Part shown: piece after piece, positions 41,571-55,790 of the stretch
Layout of the letters: each line of letters starts with the position of its first letter
Position numbering within the stretch: the first letter of the stretch is position 1
From: Camelus ferus
Taxonomy: Eukaryota
Assembly: GCF_009834535.1 (NCBI RefSeq)
Contig: NC_045697.1
Coordinates: 13,580,001-13,644,000, forward strand
Length of the DNA: 64,000 nucleotides
Direction of reading: 5' to 3'
Translations under genes and position numbers: made by a program
The notes under the pieces: model-generated
What the model was told of the DNA's origin: nothing
Seen by the model: only the letters and a program-made list of their open reading frames with translations
The model's database searches: none

Positions 41571-43829
41571 ATAATTATTTTAAAAGATAGAAAATAATAT
41601 AAATTTTCATTCCAGAAATAATGGTTGAATATGTTATGGTGCATTAATGAGACAAATTCTATGCAACAGCTTAAAATATAGTTTTATTATTTTTTAAAGT
41701 TTATATTCACATATGATGCATAGAAAAAGAGCTAGAATACACATTCAAAATACACATTCTTCAGGGTTAAGACAAGGATAGAGAAAGAAAGGGTACGTCA
41801 AAAGAGACATGTTTAGTTATATTGTGTAATTTATTTTACCTCATATCGACACCATGTCTTATTTGTAGTTAATCAATGTTTCGTTTTAAATAAAAGGAAG
41901 AAAAATAAACAATTCTGTATTATCTCCTAAAATTTTGGATGAAGAGGGGAACAGAGACATAACTTAGTTCAAACATCTAAATGTAAAGACAAAGATCCTG
42001 ATAGCAAAAGATTTAAAATTACTCAGAAAAGGGCATGTTTCTTGTAACCTAAACTATAACTCAAGTCTCCTGACTCAAATCCCGTGTTCTTCCATGCCCC
42101 TCGTGTGCGTTCGAAGTATACTTTAATTTTGAGCACAATATCAGTAATTTCTGTGATTTAGATGATGACGATGCTGAGGGTAGTAAGTCTTCACTAAGTG
42201 TAAGCAGATGTGTGCATCCCCGGTTATAGGAAACAGAATTGAGTAGAAATTAATTATAACCACATTGCTTCCCCAGATTAATCATAATGAGCTGGTAGTA
42301 ATACTTCTACACACACTGCATGATAATAGTCAAGTGCAGAGTTTATGGTCCTAATTATTTAGTATTAAAGGCTTCATTTTGAGGTACCCAGAACAGTCAA
42401 TTAGGAAAAAAAAAATAGAGTAAATGCATTTGTTGAAACTGGAATTTACAAGGCATTATAGTTGCAGGCATAACAAACACTCCCAAGATCATCTCAAGAA
42501 TTGGAATTTAGGGATAACAAACCCACCAAAGTGATGGTACCAGACACTGAATTTGTGATCACAGCTGTGCGTTGCAGCTTCTGAATGATTCAATAAAAAA
42601 AAATTATTTACAGATAATTCAACATTGAAAAGTCTAGTGGGATTTACTGCTTTCCACCCCCCATATCCTTTCGGCAGAAAGTTTTCTGCTGTCCACATTT
42701 CCTAAAAGAGACCTGAATCTTTGATGTTCAACTCCGGGATCAAGTAACAACCAGGGACCATTTCACTGTGGGGAAAAAAAATAGCATTTGGCCTCATGTC
42801 CAAATTCCTCTCCATTGTTCATTTACCAAAAGTAAAATTATAATAAAAACAAGATTATGGACTTTATATAGGCCTATAAAATAACTCTGGAAAATTACAG
42901 ATCCAGAAAAAAAAATAATCAAAAACATCAATATCAGCTGTAAAACTTTCTAAAAATGCAACAAATAATGTAATAAAGAACAGAGGTGGAATTTGGCTCT
43001 GAATTGAGTTGCCCACCTGCAAGTTATTTTTAGGTATCCCCAAGATGTAAAGGAAAACATTAAAAAAAAAAAACTTTCCACAAGTCCCCATAAAAAGAGT
43101 GCCCTGTGGTTGAATCTTCACTCAGACTCCAAACCAAGCCTTGGCTCAGCTATGCACAAGACATTGAATAAACTAAGGACAGAGGAAAATAAACAAAAGA
43201 AGATAAAACGAAAGATAAACAAGTACCCAAGAAAGGAAGAAATGAAACTATTTCAGCTAATTATTTTAAAGTTCTTTTTTTTCTCTTCATTCATGCTCAA
43301 AGGTAATTACACTCACCACACAAACAGCCCATGAGACAGCTTACTTGAGGAGAAGCTTTAAAATCTGCTTTCTCTCTCTTTCTGACTCGCAGAAAGTACC
43401 AAGATTGGGCAAAAGAAAGTTATTTGTCAGACTGAATGGAAGAAACATAGAGAACCAACTATGATGAGGAATGCTCTTTGTCTCTGCAAATGCATTTTTT
43501 TCGCACCCTCACAATCTGTTATTAATGAACAGTGATGCGATCCCAAAGTGAGTGGAACTTAATCATTCTTTTACTGGAAGACAATGCATCATAAAATTAT
43601 CCAACAACAAAGCACATCTTGGAGAACACCACCACTGGGCCTAAATTTTTTTTTTTCTGTAAATTCTAAAACTTCCGTTTCAAGTTACATGGGCCACCAA
43701 TTTTAACATAATACCAGATTCGGTGGCCAAATATGGCAAGTATATTTAGAGAAGTGTAGGCCAGGTTGAGGTATAAGACAAAGGTTTCAGGTTAATGATA
43801 CAAGGACCCTGGGAGTCTGGGGTTTTTCT

Positions 43830-45530
43830 CTTCAGTCAGTCTGGCTTCCAGCACCATCACTGCCATGGAAACCTTCCTGGAAAGCCACCCACAACGTGTA
43901 TTTTCTAAATCTTAGGGACACTTCACGAGCTCATCTCACTTAGCCTCTCAGTGGTATTCATCACAGCTGGCCACTCCCTCCTCCACACGGTCATGCTCCC
44001 ATCCTGTTTCTTCCTCCAATCCTGCTTTTCTGTCCTCACGCTGTATCATCTGTTCCCATCTCCCTACCTTCTGTACGTACGCATGCACCGGGCTGCAGTC
44101 CTGAGCCTATTTCTTCCTTGCCTCCACTCCTTTCCATTTATTCACATCTATTCTCCGTCTTTTAATATCACCTTTCATCTATGTCCAACTTAGAAATTCC
44201 CCCTGAGCTTCATGCCCCCACATGCTGCTCTCTCCTTGATGCCGCCACCAAAGTATCCAATAATTTCAAACCTGATGTGGCCCCAAAATGAACTATTGTT
44301 CCCTTTTTCTTCAAACCTCTTCCCTTTCCGATCTTTTCTATATTGTTTCCTTTTAAATTTTTATTTGTTGAAGTAGAGTCGATTTACAATAGTATATTAG
44401 TTTCAGGTGTACACCATGGAGATTCAATATTTTTATACATTATACTCTGCTTCAAGTTATTACAAAAGTGTGGCTATATTCTCTGTGTTGTACAATATAT
44501 CCTTACAGCTTATTTATTTTACACATAGAAGTTTGTACCTTTTAATCTCCTATATTGCCCTTCTCAGCCCTCCCTGTTGGTAACTCACTAGTTTGTTCTC
44601 CGTATCTGTGAGTCTGTTTCTGTCGTTATGTTCATTTGTTTGTCCTACCTTGTTAAGTGGTACTATCATCTACCTAGTTGCTCAAAGACAATAAACCTAG
44701 AAGTCATCTTTCAGTGCTCCCTTTTCCTAATCCCTCACACCCGATCCATAATCAAATCTTTTACTTCGATCTCCAAAAAGTCTCAAATGTGTTCTCTTCT
44801 TTTCTCGCTGCTTGGCTACTAATTTGACCTGATTCCATTCACATTTGCCTGGATTACAGCAATAGCTTCCCAACTGGCTTTCATGCTTCTGTCAATGTCC
44901 ACTTGCAATCTGATTTTCACACAGAAAGCCCAGGGATGGGTTTAAATGTGTAAACTGTGTATTCCAACCGAATATCAATGTATAAATTTCCTCCTTTGAT
45001 TACAGTCCTTTAATGGCTTTCTACTGCGGCAAATCCAACATTTTCAACATGACCTATAAGGCCCAACCTTATATTCCCTCTCCAACTCGTGTGCTATATA
45101 CTTGACACATTGATTTCCTTTTAGCTCCTCAATCAATTGAAACTCTTTACTGCCCCAGCGCCTTTGCATTTGTGGTCCTATTTACTTGGACCCTCTCCTC
45201 TGCTCCCTTTCCTCACTTATCTTCACAGCACCACCTTCTCCTTCCTATATTCAGGCTTTACCTTCCCCCATTTCTGCCCTCAGTCACTCCTAGACCACAG
45301 AGTCTATTTTCTTCAGGGCACTTATCAGTGAATTTACCTAGACCAGTTCTTTGTTGCCTTGTTTATTTATTGTCTGTCCCCCTTACTTCTCATGTACAAC
45401 CACCTCACTGAGAACAGGTACCTTAAAGGTCTCATTCACTGGTGTAAACACCAGCGCCTGGAAGAGTGACTTGTATACTGTAAGCATTAAATAGAGATGT
45501 CAGGTGAACGAACGAATGATTATGGGAAAG
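43830..45530 (+). mobile_element. L2 element (interrupted by L1)
   Basis: TCACAGCTGGCCACTCCCTCCTCC..AAACCTAGAAGTCATCTTT..CCTGGATTACAGCAATAGCTTCC, ending in a (TGAA)n-like tail. Confidence 0.8.
44350..44640 (-). mobile_element. L1 3'-end fragment nested in L2
   Basis: GTTGAAGTAGAGTCGATTTACAAT..TATCTGTGAGTCTGTTTCTG. Confidence 0.85.
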
Positions 45531-46268
45531 AATGAATGAGAGCCAGCAGCAAAAAGACATGAAATGTCATCTGCACAATGACACACAAAGTCCAGTGGGT
45601 AAGACAGACATCACTAATTATAATGTATTAGCATAGCTGGTGAAAAAATAAACACAAAATAAGATAGGAACGCTGACAGGCTCTGACTTCCATTTGGGCA
45701 GGAAATGACTAAAAGGGGATACTTCAGAAGCATTGTTTTCAGGGACACTTATGGCACCAGGATTTGCCTCCATGCTTTTTTTTTTTTCTTTTCTTTTCCT
45801 GCCAAAAGTAGTGTTTTCTCCACATTGGCCTCCAATTAGAAATTTTTAAAGGTGCTTTAAAACCCCATTCTCTAAGACACCCTTGCACAGAAATCAGCAG
45901 GTTCCGGGAGGGAACACAGGCCCCACGCAGTGAGGCTAGAGAATGGAGAACAATGACAACATGCCCTGGATTGTCTGGATGGGGAAGCAGCAACCTCCAT
46001 GGAAATCAGTTGATGGCATTCATTAGACTGTTTCCTGTGCACAGGAACGTGCTGTGGCAAGTCAGGACTCAGCAAATACCAAGAAAGTTTCACAACTGCA
46101 CAGCTACCATCACTGCCTGACAAATCCCTACTCTTCCCTTAAGAACCGGTTCAGATGTCTTCTCCTCTCTGAAGTATTTGCATCTGATCCATCACTTCCT
46201 TTCCTGAGCCCCAGTAGGCTTCTATAATGGCATGTGCTACAATGAATAGCAGTATTTATTTGGCACAT

Positions 46269-46639
46269 TGCGTTAGCCCACCTCAGGCTGCCATCACACA
46301 ACGTCATATACTCGGTGGTTTAAACAGCAGAAGTTTGTTTTCCCACGGTTCAGGTCTGGAGGCTAGAAGTTCAAGATTAAGATGTTGTCAGGGCTGGTTT
46401 CTGGTGAGGATCTCTCCTGGCTTGTAGCCTTCTGGCTGTATCTTCGAATCATGGAGAGAGAACTCCCTTGTCTCTTCCTCTTGGTATCAGGGTGCCAGCC
46501 CTATCAGATTAGGGCCTCAGTGTATGACATCATTTAACTTTATCACTTCCTTACAGGCCCCTTCTCAGCAAACAGTCACATCGGGAGCCAGATCTTCGAC
46601 ATATGAATACTGAGGGGACACAGCATTCAGTCCGTAACA
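46269..46639 (-). mobile_element. MaLR LTR (MLT1A/B-like)
   Basis: GGCTGCCATCACACAA..GGTGGTTTAAACAGCAGAAG..TCTGGAGGCTAGAAGTTCAAGAT..GGGGACACAGCATTCAGTCCGTAACA. Confidence 0.88.
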
Positions 46640-47759
46640 CATCTATCTCACCAGGACCATGTCTTGGTCGTATTTCAAACCCAGCACTTGCATCTGTGGA
46701 GCCTGGCATAGATTAAAGTCTCAAAAAATAACTTTTCAATGAAAGGATGGATGAATGAACGGATGGGTGGATGAAGAAGTCTTAAATGAGGTAAATACTA
46801 TTTTGGAATGCAATTCAATTTTTATGTTGTTACATAATTCTTTTAATTGATTATAATGTCCTATGAGAATCAGCAGCATTTAAGGTATAAGACTGAAATG
46901 TAATATTCTAAGAGCTGACATAATGAAACTGGCCTTATGACGTCCAACTAATCTACCCCATGACCTTGGTCTTTAGATTAAAGACAAGCTACTGTGGTTC
47001 AGTATTCTAAGTAATTGGAATTTTATATGTTGTAGAATGAAATGCACTTTCCAGTATAGGAAAATAAAAAAGAACAGTCTGAACATTAGAAAAGCAATTG
47101 CTTCTCTTACACTTTATTTGCCCTGACTATGTTTTGATTCAGAGACCATTAAGTACTGTAGGGGTCATGAGCTCAAACTTCTTAACTCGATGCTCTCAAT
47201 AGTTATTGTCCCATTGCTTTAGGTTCTTCCTCTTAAGGAACACTGATATTTACAACATGTGAAAAATAATGCCCAGTTTCACAGAATTGCCTCATTGAAT
47301 TAACATTGTGTTCATACACCCAGACATCTTATAAAATTCGATTGGTTAAATAAAAGGGGAAGGTCCTACAAAAAATATATACAATGCCACTGCCTTCAAA
47401 ATCTGAATTTAAAAAGTCACCCTGCAGACATACCCAAGAACAAAAGGAGATGTTTATATTTATTTCAAATACTGATAGACACTATCATGACAACTTTTTT
47501 TAAAATTATAAGTAACTTAACCTGTTCACTTTCTGTTTTAGGAAAAAAAGGTGTACAAGGAATCAGATATGGGTAAACATATATATGTCTATACTATTAT
47601 CTGTCATTCTGACTGGTGTTAATTTCATACCTATGCTTTCTGTAACACCCCTCCCCCATCTTTACCTCTTACCCACTTGGCGTTCTTCACCCCACCACCC
47701 TGCTCTCCTTCATTCTCCCCCAGCACTCACCGCCTTCTCACATACTGTATAATTGAAAC

Positions 47760-48295
47760 TTACTTTATCGAAGCACAGTTGTTCTATAATATTATATAAG
47801 TTACAAGCATACAATATAGTGATTCACAATTTTAAAACGTTATACCCTATTTATAGTTATTCTAAAATATTGGCTATATTCCCCTTGTTGTACAATATAT
47901 CCTTGTAGCTTATTTTGTACCTCTTAATCTCCTTACTCTATCTTACCCCTCCCCACTTCCCTCTCCCCACTGGTAGCTACCAATTTGTTCCCTATATCTG
48001 TTTCTCTTTTGTTATACTCACTAGTTTGTTGTATTTTTTTAGATTCTACATATAAGTGATATCATACAGTATTTGTCTTTCTCTGTCTGACTTACTTCAC
48101 TTAGCATAATGCCCTCCAAGCCCATCCAGGTTGCTGCAAATGGCAAAATTTTGTTCTTTTTTATGGCTTAGTAGTGTTCCATTCTTTATTTGTTCAGATT
48201 TGCTGGAGAGTTCAAAATCTTTACAGGCAAGCAAAAGCTATGAGTTCAGCACCATCACACCAGCTTTACTAAATGTTAAAGGAACTTCTCTAGGC
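47760..48295 (-). mobile_element. L1 3' end (minus) joined to an inverted ORF1-end fragment (plus, ~48190-48295)
   Basis: 47760-48183 is the reverse complement of an L1 3' end. TTCAGATTTGCTGGAGAGTTCAAAATCTTTACAGGCAAGCAAAAGCTA reads FRFAGEFKIFTGKQKL and ends KELL*, like the L1 ORF1p C-terminus. Confidence 0.8.
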
Positions 48296-49374
48296 TAAAA
48301 AAAATGATTATTTTTATAATTATTCTTTATGATTTACTTGTGAAAATTTATGCTCCACAACGGCAAGAAATTTTGTTTTATTTACTTACAATCCAAGTTC
48401 CTACAAAAGTGGCTGGTATACAACAGGCCCCCAAATGAATATTCAGGAAATTAATAAAGTAAATAAAGTGGTTACTTTCTTGGGTAAATATCTCATTGAT
48501 CATTTCTGATTCCATCATGATCTAACTAAATGTATTGGAATTGTGTCGATATTTGTAGATGAATGCCTATTTTAATGTTTCAGATTTTAGCATGTTCTGT
48601 TTTACCTTAGTAACATTAATCTGAGATCTTATTTAGTGTAAATAAACAAACAGATCAAAAAGTACCCAATGACATTTTCAAAAATATTCTGCTTATGCAG
48701 GCTATATACATTTATTAGTGATTTCTCCTCTATTACTTCATTGATCACTACTTCAGCAAAGACCCAGCCTTCCCTCAGAGCACATGGTGTTAGGAAGCAG
48801 AAGACCTGGATGTAAGTTCTGGCTCCAACACTCACGAGATATTTAGCTTAGGTTCATTGTTCTTTGTGTTGTAATAACAGTCATACCAACTTTCACCAGG
48901 AATTGTAAGACATCATGCTTGTGAGAGAGGAATACAAACTATAAGCTGCTAATGCAGAATTTCACAATGTGCTAGAGTACATTAGTGTCGCTCAAGGTGT
49001 TAGTAAGTGTTCTACAAAAACATAGCCAAATAAACCAAAACGGGGTTTTGAGCCTTTAATATGCTAATATGTACAGTGAATCACCAAGAGGAAAATGCAG
49101 TATGCTTTACCTACCCAATGTTTTTCCTTAAATATAAACTCATTTTTCTCAAGTTTTACCAATTCTTTCTGCCAAAATATTCCTTTAATGCTGGGCTTTA
49201 GAAGTTTTCATTATTTTCATGCTATATAGGTGACTAATTAACAACTCAAACTACTTAAAATACTTCTCCACAGAAAACTGCAGGTCATTTGCTACGTATA
49301 GCCTTCTTCATCTAGTTAAATACAGCTTCGTATTTAAAATTTTTTTGAGTATTATTATTTATCAAAAGTATATT

Positions 49375-51655
49375 TATTCTACAATTCCTTTCATGATAGC
49401 AATAAAAAGAATAAAATTCTTAGATAAATTTAATGAAGAATTTTAAGAATTTTGTAATGGAAATGATAAGATATTGTTAAGGAAAATTAAAGAAGATCTA
49501 AAGCATTCCATGTTCATTGATTCAAAGATTCAGTATTGTCAAGATGGCAATTATTCTCAATTGATCTGTAGGTTCAACATAAGATTCATATCAAGCCTCC
49601 ACAGGCTTTTCACATAAATTGAACGTTGGTCCAGAAATTTACATGGGATTGGAAAAACCTAAGGTAGTCAAAACAATCTTGAAAAAAAATTGAGCAAAAC
49701 TAGAAGACTTTAATTTTTCCAATTTCAAACTCACTGTAAAGCTATAGTTTTGAAGACAGAGTGGTACTGGCAGAGGATAAATATGTACATCAATAGAACA
49801 GAACTGAGAGTCTAGAAATAAAGCCTTACATTTCTAGCTAATTGATTTTTAACAAAAATACCAAAGCAGTTAATTAGGGAAAAGGACAACTTTGTTAAGA
49901 GATGGTGATGGAGCAATTGTATATCCACAATAATATGGATTTAGACTATTATTTCACACTACACATAAAAATTGACACAAAATTTACTATAGACTAAAAT
50001 ATAAGAGCTAAAATAACAAAACTTTTGGTAGATAGCATAGGAAGAAAGCTTCAGGACCTTGGTTAGGCAATGAGTTATGACCTAAAAGTACAATCTATAT
50101 GGTCTGCAAAATAATCGCCCCTCATGCCTTAATTCCCAGAACCTATAAATATGCTCCAGTATGCGGCAAAGGGGAATTAAGTTTGCTGATGGAATCAAAG
50201 TTGCTAATCTGCTATCCTTAAAATAGAGACATTATCCTTGGCTCTCCAGGAAGGCCCAAGGTAACCAGGTATTTAAAAGTAGAAGAGAAATGGAGGTGGA
50301 GGAATTAGATCAGAGTGATGTGATATGAGAACTTGACTCACTATTCTGGCTTTGAAGATTGACGAGCAGGGTCACAAGCAATGAAATAGAGGCAATCTCC
50401 AGGAGCTGCAAAGGGCAAGGTAATATGTTCTCCCCTAGAGCCTTCCAAAAGGAACACAACACTGCCACACCTTGATTTTAGCTCAGTGAGATCCTTTTCG
50501 GAATTCCAAACTACGAAACTTCAATATGATGACTTTGTGTTGTTTTAAGTCACTAGGTTTCTGGTAATGTGTATGGCACCCATAGAAATCTAGTACAGAA
50601 GAAAATCTTCAAGACCTCGGGTAAAACAAAGATTTCTTAGATATGATACCAAAAGCACAATACACCAAATATTAAAAGTGATAAATGATAAATTTGACCT
50701 CATCAAAATTCAATACATCTGTACTTCAAAAGACATTAATAAAATGAAAAAATAAACAACAGACTGGAAAAAATATTTGTAAAACAAATATTTGATAAAG
50801 GATTCATATATTAATATAAAGAAAATATTTATAGCTCAATAATAAGAAAATAAACAACCCAACAAAAGTAGGTAAAAGAATTGAATATATATTTGAATTA
50901 GAAGATATACAAGTAGGTAACAAGTATAAGGCAAAATGCCCATCATTAGTCTTTAGGAAATGCAGATCAAAACCACTATTAGATACCATTACAGATCCAC
51001 TAAAATGGCTATAATAAAATTGGCATACAATAACGAATGCGACAAATGAAAAAAAATAGTGATATAAAATAGTGTAGCCATTTTAAAAAGCAGCTTGAGA
51101 GTTTCTTAAAAAGTTAAACATATATTTGCCATAGGACCTAGGAATTCCACTCTTAGGTGTCAGTCCAAGAAAAATAAAAATACATATCCACACTAAGACT
51201 TTTACAGAAATGTTCTTAGCAGCCTTATTTACAATAGACAAAATTTAGAAACAGCCTAGATAACCCTCAGCTGACGAATGGATAGGCAAAGTAGTATATC
51301 CATGTGATGGAACACTATTCAGTAATAAAAAGAAACAAAGTATTGATGCAGGCCAGACGATGGACAAACCTCAAAAACATGCTGAGTAAAAGAAACCAGA
51401 CACAGAAAACATATGTTGTATTATTGCTTTATGTGAAATGTCCATAAAAGGCAAATCTATAGTTTAAGATAGAGTTTAATTAGTGGACACAGATCTTATT
51501 GGGGTGAAGGGAAGTTTCTAAAACTGATTTACTGTGATGATTGCACAATTTGTGAATTTACTAAAAAAAAAAAAAAACCTCATTAAAAAATTGTATACTT
51601 GCAAAGGGTGAAGTATATGATAAATAAAGTATGTCTCACTGAAGTTATATATAAA
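49375..51655 (+). mobile_element. Old L1 (L1MB-like), ORF2 3' half and 3' UTR, interrupted by a MaLR LTR
   Basis: Decayed ORF2 motifs (GAAAATTAAAGAAGATCTA, ATTCCATGTTCATTGATT, GAAATGCAGATCAAAACCAC) followed by a 3' UTR (ATGTGAAATGTCCATAAAAGGCAAATCTATAG). Confidence 0.88.
50097..50596 (+). mobile_element. MaLR LTR (MLT1D/E-like)
   Basis: CCCAGAACCTATAAATATG..GGCAAAGGGGAATTAAG..TCTCCCCTAGAGCCTTC..TTTTAAGTCACTAGGTT..TAGTACA end. Confidence 0.85.
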
Positions 51656-54600
51656 AATGTATTTATTCTGCATTAAAGATGTGATTCTAAAAGTTTCCCC
51701 AATTCTAACCTATGATTTTTCTTCCATCCTTGGTTTAACACATTTCCCAAAAAAATAGCTCAAAAAAAAAAAAAATCAATGAAGACTGGCTTTTGGTACC
51801 ATAAAGCCCAATTGAAAGAGGTTTTTAGAAACACTTCTGCTCTAGAAAGTGAGATATGACTATGAAATTATCCCTTTTGAAATCAGTTTACACAATTTAC
51901 AACTACATAATGTTGACAACTCCCAAATTATACATTTTCATAGATTTTGGAATGAATTTTTATAATGAACGTTCTATTTTAAAATGAATAGAGCTAAATA
52001 TTAAATGGCCTATGAGCTTACCCACTGTCAAATGGAAAATAAAATAAGAAATCGGCTGCCGCTGGAAACTTCATCCCCATGGCTAACTTGTCATTCACTA
52101 CTAGGTAATTTATCAGCAGCAGGGACTAAAAAAATACACAATTTAAAATATAAATTTGGTAAAGCAATTTTTGAAAATGCTTCATTTAATGCTTATTGAA
52201 TTATAGCCAGTCACCTCAATAATTTTTTTTTCAACAAGGCCCCTGCTGTTAGAATTTACAATAAAAATTGGAGATAACAAAACATATAATTCCCTAACAT
52301 TTCAATGCAGTGAACCATTAAACAAGAGGCATGTTTGCAAAATCAAAACCTGGATGTATTTTTATTATTATTTTCAAAGAAAGAACTTCTGGCACACATC
52401 CCAGACTCCTCATTCAGAACAGAAATTAAAGCAATTAAAGTCTCATTGCGAATTACTGATAATAATATAACATAAACAGTGGATCTTACATTCTAGCTGT
52501 CTAGATAAGCTGCCATTATAGAAGAGAGCAGAGCAAGTAGAAATTCCAAATCTCTTATTTTTTGGTTACTATTAGCAACATTTGCAAGGAGCTAAGCCAA
52601 GGTGGGGGATAAACAAAGAATCAAGAGTCTGGGAAATAATGGGATCTTAGGCCCTCCCTCTCTGCCTCTGGTTTATAAAAACTGGTTTATAGGGGACATA
52701 ATAACCACAGGAAACATATTAATGACATTAAATCTAACACACATGGAAAGAACTGAAACTAAAATCCATTAAAACGGTTTCAGAAAGATTGATCGGTTGA
52801 GATTTTGAAATGTCCATAGATAAAATGATTTGGTGAATAATTCACTAGGTGAACATCCATTTGAAAAACAAATGAACAAAAGCAACACAGTACCTTTACC
52901 ATTATTCTATCATCTGTTAGGAATAAACTGAGTAAATTATTATTCTATTGTAGACTCCTCAAAATTTCAAATGATTAACAGTACCTTTTATAATAAAAAC
53001 ACTTACTATTAGTTAAGAATTTCAAAATACACACAGCATTTTATAGTTACATTATTTTCCATAGCACATTTCCACAAGCCAGTGCTTTAAATTTTTTGAA
53101 GATTTTGTTTGTTCCAAAGCTCAATAATATATATATATATGTTTGAAGGTCCTGCAATGAGGGGGGTGGGTCATAAAATATTTAATTACTATCCATAAAA
53201 TTGACTCCATGATTATGCAAATAAGAATATGCTTTTAGTTAAATTTGTTATAAAAAACTACTTTCAAATCAGATCATATTACACTATTAGTTAAACATCA
53301 AAGGAAAGCAAACTGTTTTATCCACAGAATCAACGTATATGCTAAATCATTAAGACAGAAGCATCAACAATTCCTTTCTCATACCTGAGAATTTACAAGT
53401 AAAAAATTTCCCCTGTTAAAAGTATATGCCCCCCCAGAAATGACTAGATTTTCATGAAAATATTACTGATGACTGAAGAAGAGTAATATAAATCTCAAGC
53501 ATTCCAGATACAACTTCAGAAATAAGAGTCTTGGTGAGATAGACCATCTTAACCTGTCCAGCCTTCTCTTTCCTTTTCAAAACTCAAATCAAACTTCCTG
53601 CTGGGTCTCAAATGCTGGCTGCTTTGACTGGGCACCTAATTTCATTTTCATTTTTTGCTCTTCAATTAACATAGCCATCAACTAGCTGAGTAGAAGTCAA
53701 CACTAACAGTACAAGTAGGATCTTGTATGGACAGGTTATGTTAATTATCAATAACAATAATACTAAAACTAAACTCTTTTCATACATAACCTCACTGAAT
53801 CTTTACAGATGGGTGAAAATTAAGTATCATTAATCACATTTCGATAAGAAACCTAGGTTTAGGAAAACAAAGCATGAGACCACAAATTGCAATAATCCTC
53901 AATGTATCGTTACTCTGTTTGGCACTGAGGATACAACTGTGACAAAGACAAATTCCTTGTTAGCATTTCTGCCCCTAAAGCATCTGCCCTAGTTTAGTCT
54001 CTCACCCAGGATCTTTCCACACTCTGCTAACTTGTTTCTCTTTTCCGATATACTAATGCTAAAGAGTTTCTTGAAATTATATTAATGGCAAAATGGGGAT
54101 GGATCACAGCCAACTACAGATACTGAAGGCTTTTCCTTTCACACCACTGAAATGATTCTTCTGTCAACTCTACCATCAATTGCTGGGGTTTACAAATGTA
54201 CTTGGACAATTAAGGAAGGACATGTACGTGCATTGCAGCTCAGATGGGATTCGGGAAGGAAAAAGGGAGAAGAATCTCTTGTAGGAAAACACTCAGACAA
54301 CTTAGGCAGCTGCTGATGGAAGACCCTCCACTAAGAGTGATGGGAAGGTCAACTAGATGACTCCTCAGCACAGGAACCATTCAGAGTTCACTTCCCAAGC
54401 AAAGAAACTCAAATACTTCAGCTTGTCTTTCATGAGGCTCCCTGGCACCGGCAACGGAAGATACTGGGCAGCCCTACTGAGTTCACTCTCAGCAGACTCC
54501 TTAGGAAGAATCCCCTGTCCGAGAACCAACAGGACTTCTCAAAGGCACACTCCACCCAAGTCTCTTCTGCCTTCCCCACAGCCCACATAAAGATTTTTTA

Positions 54601-55604
54601 GCCTCCAGGATATAAGCAATGTAAATTTTTTTTATTATCATCCCAATCTTTTGTTAAGAAATATCTTTATATCCTGCATTATTCAGAGTCTTCTTTGGTT
54701 CTCAAGAGTCATTCTTCTAACAAAATCCTACTCTTGCAAAACAAAATTTGCATTTTCTAAACTACTGTCTTAAGGGTTTTAAGACTTATTTTAAAAGCAT
54801 TTGTGCCATAACAACTTAAAATTTTTCCTGAAGCAAGATTATGACTGATTAGAGCCAGAATCTCATAGACCTAGTGCTAAGTAACACATAACAATGCTTA
54901 ATTTTATGAGTATTTTTTACCACAATGGTTGATATCTATGCTAACCATATGCCAAGAATTGCACCAAGGCTCACTTGCTTTATCATATTTAAACACCATA
55001 AAATAATTCTATATACTGTGTACTATTATTATTCCCACTGTAGTGCAAATGCATATTCTATTCCTGTTGTAAGATATTTAATGGCTTTCATGTCCCTAAA
55101 GAACACGACAAAAAGCCCCTAATGTGACATACTTGACCCTTCATAGCTGTACCAAACTTTGGTTTTAGCATTGTCTCTTCTACCATCATAAATACCACCC
55201 TAATCCTCATCCTTTCTATCCAGCTGCATGAACATTTTGATTTTCACTGAATTCTATAATTTTACACATTTTAATTTTGTTTCCTGTGCCCCAAAGGTCT
55301 TTTTCCATTCTTCTTCAATTTAAGAAATGCTCTTAGATTTGCATCTTAGCTCAAAAAGCTTCTCCTATGAAAGTCTCATCAATTCCCCAAGACAGAATTA
55401 GGCATTCCCTTCTTTGTGCTTGTTATGTCCATTCCTGTCTGCCAGCACTTACCACACTGTAATTTTTTATCTCCAAGTGTGTTTATCTCGTTAGTTATTG
55501 GATTACATTAGGAGTACAAAAAGAGGACAGAATCAAATATTAATCAAGCACCAAATGTATATCAAGTACAACAGTAACTCCTTTGTCATAGTTTCCTTCC
55601 TATG

Positions 55605-55790
55605 TTTTTTATATAAATGTATATAAAAATGTATGAATTTATATAATTATATAGCATCTATATGTAAACAAATATACATTAAAACACAACTATAAAAAAT
55701 ATGTATTATATCTTATATAATGTATATGTTAAAATATATAAATATATGAAAATTAATTTATACATGAATTATGTAAATATATATAAAATG
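55605..55790. repeat. AT-rich low-complexity tract
   Basis: Degenerate TATATAAA/TGTATA units. Confidence 0.8.
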
